DNA of 64,000 bases, taken from IMG/VR virus record IMGVR_UViG_3300025902_000617. One strand, written 5' to 3'. The notes beneath the pieces were generated by a model. It was not told the DNA's origin. It ran no database searches and saw only the letters and a program-made list of their open reading frames with translations. This stretch comes from an uncultured virus (IMG/VR IMGVR_UViG_3300025902_000617) (taxonomy: Duplodnaviria > Heunggongvirae > Uroviricota > Caudoviricetes). A program made the position numbers and the translations under genes. The first letter of the stretch is position 1. The number at the start of each line of letters is the position of its first letter. Of this stretch, positions 38,214-47,950 are shown in pieces.

Positions 38214-38748
38214 CCTCTTTTATTTCCTTTGGAACCTGAGCCCCTTCCTCGCTAAACTTTTTAAATGTCAAGAACAGCGATAAAAGACTTGATGCAAGAA
38301 CACTTCCACCTTTCATTGCGAGAACCGTTCTTTGTTCGTACGGGAGATCTTCGCGCGTAAATCCCTGATACAGTGTTGCGGCTCCAGCCCCAATCACAGC
38401 CCCTCCCGCGGATGACATCCCTGCAAGCTCTTCGAATGTTTCGAGCTGCAAAAATGGATTATTCGTTGGGAGAGATACGGATCCAGCACGAATCTGAGAT
38501 GTCGCGATTCCGGTTTGAACTCCGGCATTCCTCAGTACAATATCCCCGGATTTTATTCCTCTTTCCATATCTTTGAGCAAAGACTGTACTTTCTTTACTC
38601 TGCGAGAAACCGATACGGCATTTTTAAGACCGTATGATTTAGCAATTTCCTTGTATGTTTCACCTTTCATTCTCCTTTGAAACATTTCAAGATCTCGCTC
38701 CTTAACACCTTTCGACTTAAGGTAGTCGATATCCGCACTTCTTTCCAT
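38197..38748 (-). CDS. HTH protein with C-terminal hydrophobic helices
   Basis: GETYKEIAKSYGL...VSRRV HTH; two hydrophobic segments. Confidence 0.7.
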   Translation of the reverse strand: MERSADIDYLKSKGVKERDLEMFQRRMKGETYKEIAKSYGLKNAVSVSRRVKKVQSLLKDMERGIKSGDIVLRNAGVQTGIATSQIRAGSVSLPTNNPFLQLETFEELAGMSSAGGAVIGAGAATLYQGFTREDLPYEQRTVLAMKGGSVLASSLLSLFLTFKKFSEEGAQVPKEIKEGEAVD

Positions 38749-39077
38749 ACAAGTAATAAGATTAGTGTTAATAATATATAAACTTTATGTTAAGTTTTCG
38801 ACACCGACGGTGAATGCGAAGATTTATTATAGCATAGCGCCAAATAATATTATGCATTCAGAAACATCAGAGGGTTGTTGGAATTGTGGAGCTAGGGCGA
38901 GAGATCGCACATGTAACAATCCCCAGTCTCCAATGTACAAACAATACGCGGGGTTTGAGAAATGCGGCGCGTGGATTCGTCAGGTGTTCACTCCACCCGC
39001 TTGGTCTAAAAGGAAATAATCTATCGTCATCAATATGACCGTTAGATTAATATACGTGCGCAAACACAGATATATTC

Positions 39078-39323
39078 ATGGCTGGTAAAGGCGTGTGGTT
39101 ATATCTCAATGGTCGTGGTGGGGATTTCCCGGATAACTATTTTGATCCAATACAATTAGAAAAAGGTATACGCGTTGAGATGGAACACACCGACAACCCA
39201 GACGTTGCAAAAATTATCGCGAAAGGTCATATATATGAGTTTCCCGAGTATTACGAGTATCTAGATGAAATGGAAGCACAACTTAAACAAAGAGAATGCG
39301 TTAGAAGAGTTTTTGGATGGTAA
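39078..39323 (+). CDS. DUF5661-like small protein
   Basis: LxKGIxVEMEH...AxxIAxxHxxExPxYYxxL signature. Confidence 0.7.
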   Translation: MAGKGVWLYLNGRGGDFPDNYFDPIQLEKGIRVEMEHTDNPDVAKIIAKGHIYEFPEYYEYLDEMEAQLKQRECVRRVFGW

Positions 39324-39325
39324 AA

Positions 39326-39772
39326 TTAATCTATTTCATCATCCAATCCGGGATACGTTTCTAATTCGTCTTCATCGCAGGGTTCTCCGTGAAGACCGCA
39401 GGTGGAATCTTCTGCCGAACCAACTATAGCATCGTAATGTCTTTTGTCGAATGTCCACCCGTACATGACTTTTTCAACATCTCCGACAAACGCCGCTACG
39501 TTTTTATTCCCGTTTTGCGAATTTGCGATAACCCCGAAAATATCTTCGAAATCGCCGAAACTGTTTTTGGATACGAGAAGATAATCATACTCGTCGAAGA
39601 ATTTCGGATTGCCGAGCATGCGCTTAATCCCTTTCATCTCGCGCGGATCTGTAACGTAGAACAGCGGTTTCGAATATGCTACAAGGCTCTGGAGCTTGCC
39701 GTGTGGCTTGTTGATACAATACCACTTCGGCTTTTTGCTCTTTAGTGGGACATAAGAAGTTTTTCGTGCCAT
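39326..39772 (-). CDS. Hypothetical protein
   Basis: ORF preceded by ACCTTTTTATA box. Confidence 0.6.
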   Translation of the reverse strand: MARKTSYVPLKSKKPKWYCINKPHGKLQSLVAYSKPLFYVTDPREMKGIKRMLGNPKFFDEYDYLLVSKNSFGDFEDIFGVIANSQNGNKNVAAFVGDVEKVMYGWTFDKRHYDAIVGSAEDSTCGLHGEPCDEDELETYPGLDDEID

Positions 39773-39810
39773 AATAACATATATGAATTGGAACTATAAA
39801 AAGGTTTTTG

Positions 39811-40527
39811 TTACATGTGTGATTTTTTGTATAATTCTTGAAAAGAAACTATTTGGAGAGAAGGTCTATAATCGAAATAGAGATCAATCTTGTATTTCAT
39901 ACTCGGAATTACATATGGTTCTATAACAGATTTCAATTTTATCATGCTTTCTTCTTCCGTTATAAATAAATCTTTAATGCGCTCTCCATTTTTGGCAATC
40001 ACACCGCGGTTTCTAGATTCAGAACTGATTCCGAACTTACACTTTAACCATTCCTGTAACAATTCGGATTCCTCGGACGTTCTATCTCCAAGTGCAAACT
40101 GCATATTTCTAGATTTATACATATCATTAAACAAAAATCCGTCATCTAGATACCATAATGCTAACGATATTGGATGATATATCGAATCTATCCATTTTTC
40201 GGTAATTGTTTTTCGTCCATTTACAATAACACAATCATATATAGGTTTCAAACATATAAGTCGTCGTGTAGAAAACGTAATTTTTTGATGTTGTTTTCCC
40301 GTTCCATCACTACAGACCGAAACCTTTGGTTTAGATGGGCATAAATTTGAAAGATTTAAATGAATCCATTCGCAATATTCTTTCTGTTTGATAGAATGGG
40401 TTATACACACATGCGGATTGATACTAGATTTTTCTATTGCAATATATCCATCTCCGAGTAGAGTTCCCATAATAATCTGCTTCTGAATTTCAGTAAGCTC
40501 TATTGCATTTAAATCTTTACGATTCAT
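39811..40527 (-). CDS. Free-standing LAGLIDADG homing endonuclease
   Basis: IMGTLLGDG and LALWYLDDG motifs; PSMKYKI end. Confidence 0.9.
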   Translation of the reverse strand: MNRKDLNAIELTEIQKQIIMGTLLGDGYIAIEKSSINPHVCITHSIKQKEYCEWIHLNLSNLCPSKPKVSVCSDGTGKQHQKITFSTRRLICLKPIYDCVIVNGRKTITEKWIDSIYHPISLALWYLDDGFLFNDMYKSRNMQFALGDRTSEESELLQEWLKCKFGISSESRNRGVIAKNGERIKDLFITEEESMIKLKSVIEPYVIPSMKYKIDLYFDYRPSLQIVSFQELYKKSHM

Positions 40528-40539
40528 ATTATTCCAGTT

Positions 40540-40839
40540 TTATTCTTTAAAACAACGCACTTTCTTCGCGCGTTTCACCGTATCTTCTACAAATTCCTTT
40601 TGTATATTATTAAGAGTTGAATGATATTTTATGATTTCCTCATCGGTAATAATTCCACGGAACATTATGATCGCCGCCGAAATCGTCCCAAATGCCGTAT
40701 AGAACTTGTGAATACAATCGACAGACGATACGAAATCGCCTTCCGATATGGAATCCTTCGCTGCCTTTACAATCTGGTTGAGATTACCGATATACCCAAC
40801 AATCTGTTCTACACAGTCTGCTCTCGTCTTTATAGCCAT
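40540..40839 (-). CDS. Hypothetical protein
   Basis: GGAGG SD; TAATG coupling with the FTR gene. Confidence 0.6.
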   Translation of the reverse strand: MAIKTRADCVEQIVGYIGNLNQIVKAAKDSISEGDFVSSVDCIHKFYTAFGTISAAIIMFRGIITDEEIIKYHSTLNNIQKEFVEDTVKRAKKVRCFKE

Positions 40840-41156
40840 TATGCCTCCTTCTTAAAAAATAAGTTACAATGGCAATGTCCTTTGTTCATGATATCGTCAT
40901 GACACCATTTGCACGGACATACGCCGCTTACATCTTTCTTGTCTAATGGTATTATCCTGCATGGGCAATAAGGCTTTCCATGCTTCAATACGTTTTTTGC
41001 AAGCCCTTTCATCACCGATGTAACAATTTTCTTTTCGGTATTCACCGTGCAATTTTCTGCAACCGTTATTCCAAACACAAGCGAATCCACGAGCGTTTTT
41101 GCCGCGCGCTCTTTTTCCTCATTCACATCTTCGTCTACTATTTTATATTTTGCCAT
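40839..41156 (-). CDS. Ferredoxin:thioredoxin reductase catalytic subunit-like protein
   Basis: YCPCR...CPC...CHCNLF, the complete FTR 4Fe-4S/disulfide motif set. Confidence 0.9.
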   Translation of the reverse strand: MAKYKIVDEDVNEEKERAAKTLVDSLVFGITVAENCTVNTEKKIVTSVMKGLAKNVLKHGKPYCPCRIIPLDKKDVSGVCPCKWCHDDIMNKGHCHCNLFFKKEA

Positions 41157-41504
41157 TTATTCCACTCTCATTTCTTCGATTTTCTTGTAGGCATCCCTCA
41201 GAATTTCGACAACTTTCATCTCGTATTTGTCGAAGACATCCTGCTGTTTTTTCTTATCGGTGTACGGACAGCACAGGCAATCACATCGTGTATCTTCGTG
41301 GTCTGGTTCGAAACAACGGGTTGTTGCAAAAACTTGAATTCCTTCTTTTGACGCGACACCCGTAATGATAATATCATCATCGATAAAATCAATATTAATA
41401 CCCAACTCGTGCGTCCTGATAGATTTTAACAGATGTTCTTCCGTCCCATCGCATACTACACGGTCATTACTCTTTTTACTGTTCTTTTTTTCCATTAGAA
41501 TCAC
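41157..41504 (-). CDS. Hypothetical protein
   Basis: Packed ORF. Confidence 0.55.
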   Translation of the reverse strand: MILMEKKNSKKSNDRVVCDGTEEHLLKSIRTHELGINIDFIDDDIIITGVASKEGIQVFATTRCFEPDHEDTRCDCLCCPYTDKKKQQDVFDKYEMKVVEILRDAYKKIEEMRVE

Positions 41505-41800
41505 CCACGCTCATATTTTACAAGTACTTCCGCAACATTATCGGGTATTTTCCAAAATGCCGCATTCGAACCACTCACCACGGCAGGCGCTGTCTGCGCG
41601 CGCGTTATAAGTCCACAAGAATCCCACTTGCATATTTCGGCGCTTGTGGTGTCAGGAAGCACGGTGTTCTTAAGCTCGCGCGCGGTAAATGGATCCTTAC
41701 CAAACTTATGATAAATTTTTAAAAGCCGTTCCTTGTCGTCCTCGCTTCGTAAGTACCTCACTGACGGAGATCCTTCAACCGCGCGCGTTTCCAGACTCAT
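41501..41800 (-). CDS. Hypothetical protein, possible winged helix
   Basis: PFTAREL...WDSCGLI. Confidence 0.55.
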   Translation of the reverse strand: MSLETRAVEGSPSVRYLRSEDDKERLLKIYHKFGKDPFTARELKNTVLPDTTSAEICKWDSCGLITRAQTAPAVVSGSNAAFWKIPDNVAEVLVKYERG

Positions 41801-42663
41801 TTCTTTTCACCGGCAAGCCTGAGATCTTCCACGCGCTCTCGGTAATAAACAATCAGTTTCTTTTCCGGTTGGCTGCAATTGTGTTTTTTGCATTCTTCTC
41901 CAACATATTCTGCGAGTTTTGGCATTGCGAGCTTTATATTGAAGAAATCTTCTCCTAGATCTGCGAAAGTTTTTTCGACAGATCCGGTAACTTCGCTATC
42001 TGGCAACGGGGGTAATATGATCGCACCACTCGTCTCAACGCGCACCACTTTTTCATAACGCGGGGTATCGTTCTTTTCCTTGAAATAGATGTAATCGGAT
42101 CCTTTCACGTGTTTTCCAACAACACCCTCCCTGTTATTATCAAGTGATTTTTGAAGCATTTGTTCTTTGACATTCAAAAGATCTTCCAGCGTATTGACGT
42201 TGCACGTTCCGTACAGTCCTACAACCGGGAGCTTGTTATGATAACACTCCTGATATGTCTTTGTGTAATTGAAAAACCCTCCGGTTTTCACAGACCAAAT
42301 ATCGAAAACCACGAACGAATGATCTTCGTGGAATTCGATCTTTGTCGGAGACTTCCCTTTTATAAGAAGCTCTCCAAATACGACATACGTATCTTTCCAG
42401 TTTTCCGCATCGCGCAGAAGTTCCCCGACGGACTCGTATTCCGGGGTCATTTTCAGATAGTTCTGGAACTGCTCGGATGCAACATCCATATGTCTGCTCC
42501 CGCATACGACATCTCCGTTCTCATTGAGATAGATTCTAAGATTGCTGCCATCCCGTTTCTCTTGGAATACAATTTCCTTTCCGAGAAGAATGTGCGGATT
42601 CGGATACTGGTTGATAATTGTTGTCAGATCGGGATATGAAATTCTCGACACATCTACGAACAC
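41797..42663 (-). CDS. ATP-dependent RNA ligase (Rnl2-like)
   Basis: Motif I EKRDGSN, VFGEL, FVVFDI, REGVVGK, YFKEK. Confidence 0.8.
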   Translation of the reverse strand: MFVDVSRISYPDLTTIINQYPNPHILLGKEIVFQEKRDGSNLRIYLNENGDVVCGSRHMDVASEQFQNYLKMTPEYESVGELLRDAENWKDTYVVFGELLIKGKSPTKIEFHEDHSFVVFDIWSVKTGGFFNYTKTYQECYHNKLPVVGLYGTCNVNTLEDLLNVKEQMLQKSLDNNREGVVGKHVKGSDYIYFKEKNDTPRYEKVVRVETSGAIILPPLPDSEVTGSVEKTFADLGEDFFNIKLAMPKLAEYVGEECKKHNCSQPEKKLIVYYRERVEDLRLAGEKK

Positions 42664-42700
42664 TTTTACACCTCGTTATTTATTATGTTGGTTTTTGTAG

Positions 42701-42711
42701 TTAAAAAAGGT
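42701..42711 (-). promoter_or_regulatory. Conserved ACCTTTTTTAA promoter-like box
   Basis: Exact 11-mer also at 44122-44132, 52701-52711, 58909-58919 (minus) and 60579-60589 (plus); always intergenic and upstream of a gene. Confidence 0.65.
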
Positions 42712-42717
42712 ATGCTT

Positions 42718-43158
42718 TCACTCTGGGACTATATAAAAATGACCATTCGACAGCAATCTCATGAGTGGCGGCTTTCCCTTATTTTTCTGGTGAGGTACTT
42801 TAACTGTCTGCATGGTAAGAGGATCCACGCGTTGCCGGTCTTTTAATTCCTGAGCTTTTGCAGCATTAAACCCGCCAACGTCCTGCAAATATCCGGTTAC
42901 TCTAGAAATCTGTGTCACATCGTGATCCCCACACGTTGGACATATCGCGGATCCGCACACTTCGCAATATGCTATACCAGCTTTCGTTGAAAGCGGACAA
43001 TGGCAACCCCCCTCTGGGTCATTATCGCACCGTTTTATAATGTGTGTTTCTCCGCATTCCGGGCATATCTGGTCTACCCCTTTTTTGAGTGGGAGTTCAA
43101 AATGCGTGTGACATGTATAACAACTATACCTTTGCGTTTTAACTGCGGGTTCGTCCAT
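42718..43158 (-). CDS. Zn-ribbon protein resembling the NrdD C-terminus
   Basis: CPTCG...ISRVTGYL...FNAAKAQELKDR plus extra CxxC pairs; no RNR catalytic barrel. Confidence 0.75.
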   Translation of the reverse strand: MDEPAVKTQRYSCYTCHTHFELPLKKGVDQICPECGETHIIKRCDNDPEGGCHCPLSTKAGIAYCEVCGSAICPTCGDHDVTQISRVTGYLQDVGGFNAAKAQELKDRQRVDPLTMQTVKVPHQKNKGKPPLMRLLSNGHFYIVPE

Positions 43159-43236
43159 AAAAACACCTCAAAACTATGTAACTATATGTTAGTTTTTCGA
43201 GGTAATATAGCTTACGGCGCGCGCAAAACTTATTGC

Positions 43237-43770
43237 TTATTCATCACCGAAAGATTTATAAACAACTATTTTGTGCCGGTCTTCTTCTGTGTTCCCGGAT
43301 TCATACCAGTTTTTCACGCAAAGACTTCCTTTCACGGAATATGCGTGTTTTTTAATAAAAAATGAAAGGGATGGCTCGTTCGATTTGCGAACATCTGCAA
43401 CAACCCCGTTATAATCGCCAGAATCCTGTAAATGTCCGTATAAATTCAGTAGAATTGCAGATCCTATCCCAGCGCGCCGAAATTCCTTCTTCACAGCGAA
43501 TCTCGAAAGATACACATAACCGGGAAGATCGTGCGGATAGTATAATTCGTTTGCAGCTGATAAATATCCTATAATTTCTCCGGTGTCGTTTGCGCGCGCA
43601 ATTAAAAACCGATCTCGGTATGTAACCCTTCTTTCTTCAAACCACGCTGGAGATGTGCGTGATACTATGGAAACGGAATCTATGTCAACTACAGAAGGTA
43701 TGTCACAGCTTCGCGCGCGCAGTATCGAATACCACCCCATATTAACACAGTTTTCCATGATCAACAACAC
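43237..43770 (-). CDS. GNAT acetyltransferase
   Basis: FAVKKEFRRAGIGS motif A; VRKSNEPSLSFF motif B. Confidence 0.85.
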   Translation of the reverse strand: MLLIMENCVNMGWYSILRARSCDIPSVVDIDSVSIVSRTSPAWFEERRVTYRDRFLIARANDTGEIIGYLSAANELYYPHDLPGYVYLSRFAVKKEFRRAGIGSAILLNLYGHLQDSGDYNGVVADVRKSNEPSLSFFIKKHAYSVKGSLCVKNWYESGNTEEDRHKIVVYKSFGDE

Positions 43771-43788
43771 ATTATATCTTTCGCCATG

Positions 43789-44106
43789 CTATTTAATCCT
43801 TTTCTTAAGAGACCTCGGCAATTTTCGCGTTATCTCTACAGTGTTTTCGGAAGCTCTTCTCGCTTTTAGTTTTTTTAGCACCTCAGGCCTGTTCCGATAA
43901 TAATACCTGAGTTGCTTCGACGGAATCTCTCTATAAAACGGGGCATCTTCGATGTGATCTTTGAATTGCGAATACCAATAACAGTTTGCAAGATGCGAGC
44001 GCAGGGAGAGTCTGCTTTTTAAACGTCTCCCACATGAAAAACAAATCCACTTCGGTTTGAATTTTTCGATGGGTTCGTCTTTCGATGGTAATGTTTTCAC
44101 AATCAA
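43789..44106 (-). CDS. C2H2-like Zn-finger protein
   Basis: CFSC...LRSHLANC. Confidence 0.55.
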   Translation of the reverse strand: MIVKTLPSKDEPIEKFKPKWICFSCGRRLKSRLSLRSHLANCYWYSQFKDHIEDAPFYREIPSKQLRYYYRNRPEVLKKLKARRASENTVEITRKLPRSLKKRIK

Positions 44107-44172
44107 TGTATGATGTCTACATTAAAAAAGGTTTGTTTTTACCAATATAATCGCTACAATACAAAAATATAA

Positions 44173-45711
44173 TCACATTCCGCTATAAGCACGGTTTTTC
44201 CACATAGTGAATATGATATTTTTAGTGGATTCTCCAGAAATACCACCAATATTATAAATATCTCCGGATACCGCAGATGTTATTACTGTCCCGGAAGAAC
44301 CCCCTCCACCAGTAGAGAGATAATATATCCAAGACTCTTCTAGCAACCCATTGGTTGGTTGTATAAAAAGCAGATTGTTGGATACCGTCCTATCCAAAAA
44401 CACCCCACCGAGCGGTGACGCAACCCACTCTCCAGATACTACCACACACTCCCACGTTACTCCACCGTCTGCGGATTTCCACATATCGTTGTAGTATGCA
44501 TCAGACACACCCCCGGTAATATATATAACCCCACCAGACAACTCAACCCCTCCGAAATAGCTTCTAGCACTCCACTCGGCGTTCGAGGTTACACAATCCC
44601 AAGATGCCCCATAGTCGTCGGATCTCCACACGTCGTTGTATGAAGCGTACGTGTCTACATTCTGCCCTCCCATAATGAGAATACCACCATCTGACAATGG
44701 CACACTGATATGACCGATTCTTCCGCTCCATCCAGCCGATGATGTCATACACGCCCACGTAGCTCCGCAGTCGTCGGATTTCCAAGCTTCGCTCCTCAGC
44801 GATGAATCGACAATGGCGTTTACTCCGGTTATTACTATACTATTATCTGCCATAACACTCGCTTCAAAATAATATGTATTAGACACCAGAAATGGGACGT
44901 TTGAAGCCGCAACAGACCACGATACACCATCTGTTGACTTCCATATATCTTTTGGATACGTAATTGGGAAGGCGTCGAGATTTCTCCCTCCCATCAAAAT
45001 CATGGTTTCGTCAGTTCCGTCTAAAGCAGATACCATGCGCGGGCTTGCTCTTACACTAAACTCGGCAGTTGACGTAAGGCATGACCAATTTACACCATTG
45101 TCGTCAGATTTCCACACATCTTTTGACAGAACCCCCTCGATGAGCTTTTTGCCAGCTGCCATTACAATACTACCGCTATCCAATACTGTTAGCCCGGGGG
45201 CACTAATCATCGGTGAGAAGGTCGAAGTTTGGCACACCCATCCACTGGCGGATACCACCCCCCCGCTTATACCACCAACAGTAATTGTATTCACGGTATT
45301 AGCTCCTATTACTCCCGTTTTCCCGTCGTCAACCCCGCTGCGCATTTCGAGTATTCGCCCAGCAAGAGAATTAACCTCGAAAACTTTGTGTGTGTCGGTT
45401 ATAATCGTATTCCCGGGGATTGTGGTCGTGTCTCCGTTTGCTGTAAGTGCACCGCTGACAACCCCAGACGGATCGTACTCCGTTGCAAAATCTTCAATTG
45501 AAAAATCAGAAGTCTGTCTCCTTCCAACGATACACGTTAAAACGTCAAGATTTATCGCAGACGTATAAAAAGTACCGTTCGAACTTGTATAGCACACTCC
45601 GAACGCCGTATCTCCAGATGCGCCCTGAACAATTATAGCACCAGACAGTGTTTCGTTTACAGTATCAGTACTGCCTTGTGCATCTCTGACCAACCCGCGA
45701 AGAATAACCAT
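44173..45711 (-). CDS. Kelch/BNR-like beta-propeller protein (putative adhesin or virion protein)
   Basis: Repeats DVWxSxDxGxxW-C-TxxAxWSxR...IxIMGG. Confidence 0.8.
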   Translation of the reverse strand: MVILRGLVRDAQGSTDTVNETLSGAIIVQGASGDTAFGVCYTSSNGTFYTSAINLDVLTCIVGRRQTSDFSIEDFATEYDPSGVVSGALTANGDTTTIPGNTIITDTHKVFEVNSLAGRILEMRSGVDDGKTGVIGANTVNTITVGGISGGVVSASGWVCQTSTFSPMISAPGLTVLDSGSIVMAAGKKLIEGVLSKDVWKSDDNGVNWSCLTSTAEFSVRASPRMVSALDGTDETMILMGGRNLDAFPITYPKDIWKSTDGVSWSVAASNVPFLVSNTYYFEASVMADNSIVITGVNAIVDSSLRSEAWKSDDCGATWACMTSSAGWSGRIGHISVPLSDGGILIMGGQNVDTYASYNDVWRSDDYGASWDCVTSNAEWSARSYFGGVELSGGVIYITGGVSDAYYNDMWKSADGGVTWECVVVSGEWVASPLGGVFLDRTVSNNLLFIQPTNGLLEESWIYYLSTGGGGSSGTVITSAVSGDIYNIGGISGESTKNIIFTMWKNRAYSGM

Positions 45712-45765
45712 GCTAATCTATATAAAATAGTGTGTGATCCTTTTTATAACTTTCTACAAATCGGG

Positions 45766-47625
45766 TCAAACTGATTTGCAGTTACCTTTATATTTTTCTG
45801 ATAGCATGTTTATTTCCGAAAGCGCTATTTCGTTATATTTAGAAGAGATATCTATCCCGATATATCTTCGGCCAAGTAATTTGCATGCTGCACCAGTTGT
45901 CCCACGCCCACTGAATGGATCAAGAACTATATCATTTTTATATGTTAACAAGTTAATAGCGCGCAGTGGGAGTTCAATGTCAAAACTCGCCTGAGTTTTC
46001 GTTGATGTTGCAGCACGATATGGCCAGACACCTTTCACAGATGTCATAAATTCATCACGCCCTATGGTAGATATTCCCTTGCTCTCTTTTTTCCACACAT
46101 CTTTGCATGCGATGAGAACACACTCTTCTGGATTGTATGCATATGGAGCAGATGCACTCATCCAAGAGTTTCCACACCACGTTATCTTCCCATTTCTTCG
46201 AACCAACAATGTTTTATTAGGAACCGAGACGCAGTATACGAACCCTGTGTAATCCACATAGCGCGAGATTTGATTATTGTATCTACGTTTTATGTGATAC
46301 GCGCTACTCTTTTTTATTGTTATCGTGTAGAGATCGCGAGTTCCCCTGATTACAACTCCGTTATATTCACGCGATTTCGATAGCGGTTGTGCCCCGGTGG
46401 ATATTGTGTACCCGGCACGTATAAACAAAGTCGCCATCTCCTCCATAAATGCGCGCGACGGGCAACGCAACCGCGTCTGTGATCGCGATGTAGATCCGTC
46501 TCCGATCATAACCCCATGTATAAAATATTCTATCTGTCCCTTTGATAATGATCGTATAAAATCCGGGATAATGCGATTGTTCTTATCACCAAGTTTTGAT
46601 AAGTATGACGTGAGTTGTTTACTGCAAGTATAATACTCTCCCTTGCTCTCTTTTCGAGAGAATCCGAATGGAAGCCGTTCTAACAGAGATGATATTTCGT
46701 CGATATACTTCTCCTTTGTCTGATAAATCGAAACTTTATACTGTCTATTTTCCGGACTATGATAACAATTCCCATCAGTGCAAAACAAACCCAAAAATAC
46801 CAGCCAGTCGTTCATTGCTATTGGTTCAACAACATTCTTAACATTATCATTCGGTATAACTTTATCCACAATCGGGAGTTGGAAGAATTCCAGTTCTTTT
46901 CCGTCATCCCACCCATCGTGGCCTTGCGGTATTATAAGCGCACTTCCATTGGATTCTATATTTCTCATCGAATCGATACCGATCTTTGTTTTGTCGTTTC
47001 CAAATGAGTACACCATATTATGATCTGGCGTTACCAATAAATCGAAAGTGCGGGTTTTTATAGCGCGCATCTCTCCAGAGTACGGCTTTGCGATATAATC
47101 GAAAGCTTTCTGGTAAACCATTTTGTGCGTATCAAGATCAATCGTCGCAAACACGTCTCTATTTATATCGACATCGCGGAACAATTTAAATCCAACGTCG
47201 GTAAGGACTTCGGTTTTATCATCGTAGCACCCCCACGCCGTGTACTTTATGCGTTCAGACTGATTCTCTTCGAGACGCATAATTCCGTTAAATCCGAATC
47301 CGATCTCTTTCATGATCTGCCACACGTCGGAGATCACAAAAACCCTCCCCCCTCTCCCGGGCTGACTTATTTCATAGAACAAATTGATTGCAATACGCCC
47401 GTCTCGTTTTAGTACACCATACGCCTTCGTTAGCCAACTGCGCATGAATTCCAAGTATTCGGCGTATTGTTTTTCGTCATCCCAACAGTCATACTTTATC
47501 TTACAGTTGTATGGGGGAGATGTTACAATAAGGTCTACACTACTCAATGGTATTGCTTTTCCCATAATATCACGAGCATCTCCTGTTATCAGCACTGGGT
47601 TTAAATCAGTCGGTATCATTTTCAT
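45766..47625 (-). CDS. N4/N6 DNA methyltransferase interrupted by an intein
   Basis: TSPPY at the N-terminus, LDPFSGRGTT at the C-terminus; spliced junction TAWG|SWMS. Confidence 0.9.
   Translation of the reverse strand: MKMIPTDLNPVLITGDARDIMGKAIPLSSVDLIVTSPPYNCKIKYDCWDDEKQYAEYLEFMRSWLTKAYGVLKRDGRIAINLFYEISQPGRGGRVFVISDVWQIMKEIGFGFNGIMRLEENQSERIKYTAWGCYDDKTEVLTDVGFKLFRDVDINRDVFATIDLDTHKMVYQKAFDYIAKPYSGEMRAIKTRTFDLLVTPDHNMVYSFGNDKTKIGIDSMRNIESNGSALIIPQGHDGWDDGKELEFFQLPIVDKVIPNDNVKNVVEPIAMNDWLVFLGLFCTDGNCYHSPENRQYKVSIYQTKEKYIDEISSLLERLPFGFSRKESKGEYYTCSKQLTSYLSKLGDKNNRIIPDFIRSLSKGQIEYFIHGVMIGDGSTSRSQTRLRCPSRAFMEEMATLFIRAGYTISTGAQPLSKSREYNGVVIRGTRDLYTITIKKSSAYHIKRRYNNQISRYVDYTGFVYCVSVPNKTLLVRRNGKITWCGNSWMSASAPYAYNPEECVLIACKDVWKKESKGISTIGRDEFMTSVKGVWPYRAATSTKTQASFDIELPLRAINLLTYKNDIVLDPFSGRGTTGAACKLLGRRYIGIDISSKYNEIALSEINMLSEKYKGNCKSV
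46168..47229 (-). mobile_element. Intein (354 aa) with LAGLIDADG endonuclease
   Basis: Starts CYDDKTEV; block B VTPDH; LGLFCTDG and GVMIGDG; ends WCGN with Ser+1. Confidence 0.9.
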
Positions 47626-47950
47626 TCTTCCAATACTTCAAATCGGTAACACACCATCGGCGCACGAATTTTTTTATCGCTGTTATAAGCCCATCTTCCG
47701 GAAATATCATCTTTCTCACATAGAAATGGCCAGAAATCCCATCTCCTAGAAAACTAAGGATTGTGGTCTGACCGTCTTCGATGTTTCTGCACGGGAATGA
47801 TATGGTTCCATTGCGCATTTCGAACCAGTCTACAACCGGGATATAGTCGGGTCTCCCGACAATAACATACTCGAACCCGTTTAATCTGCAAATTTCAATA
47901 TATTCGTTCCACTGTATTTCTTCAACTATATCTTCTGTAGATTCTGTCAT
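47606..47950 (-). CDS. Hypothetical protein
   Basis: Packed ORF with GGAGG SD. Confidence 0.6.
   Translation of the reverse strand: MTESTEDIVEEIQWNEYIEICRLNGFEYVIVGRPDYIPVVDWFEMRNGTISFPCRNIEDGQTTILSFLGDGISGHFYVRKMIFPEDGLITAIKKFVRRWCVTDLKYWKNENDTD

Noticed and set aside
42718..43158. Complete anaerobic ribonucleotide reductase nrdD or its pseudogene
   Set aside because: Only 146 aa with its own start; the upstream gene is an unrelated GNAT, so there is no disrupted catalytic barrel.
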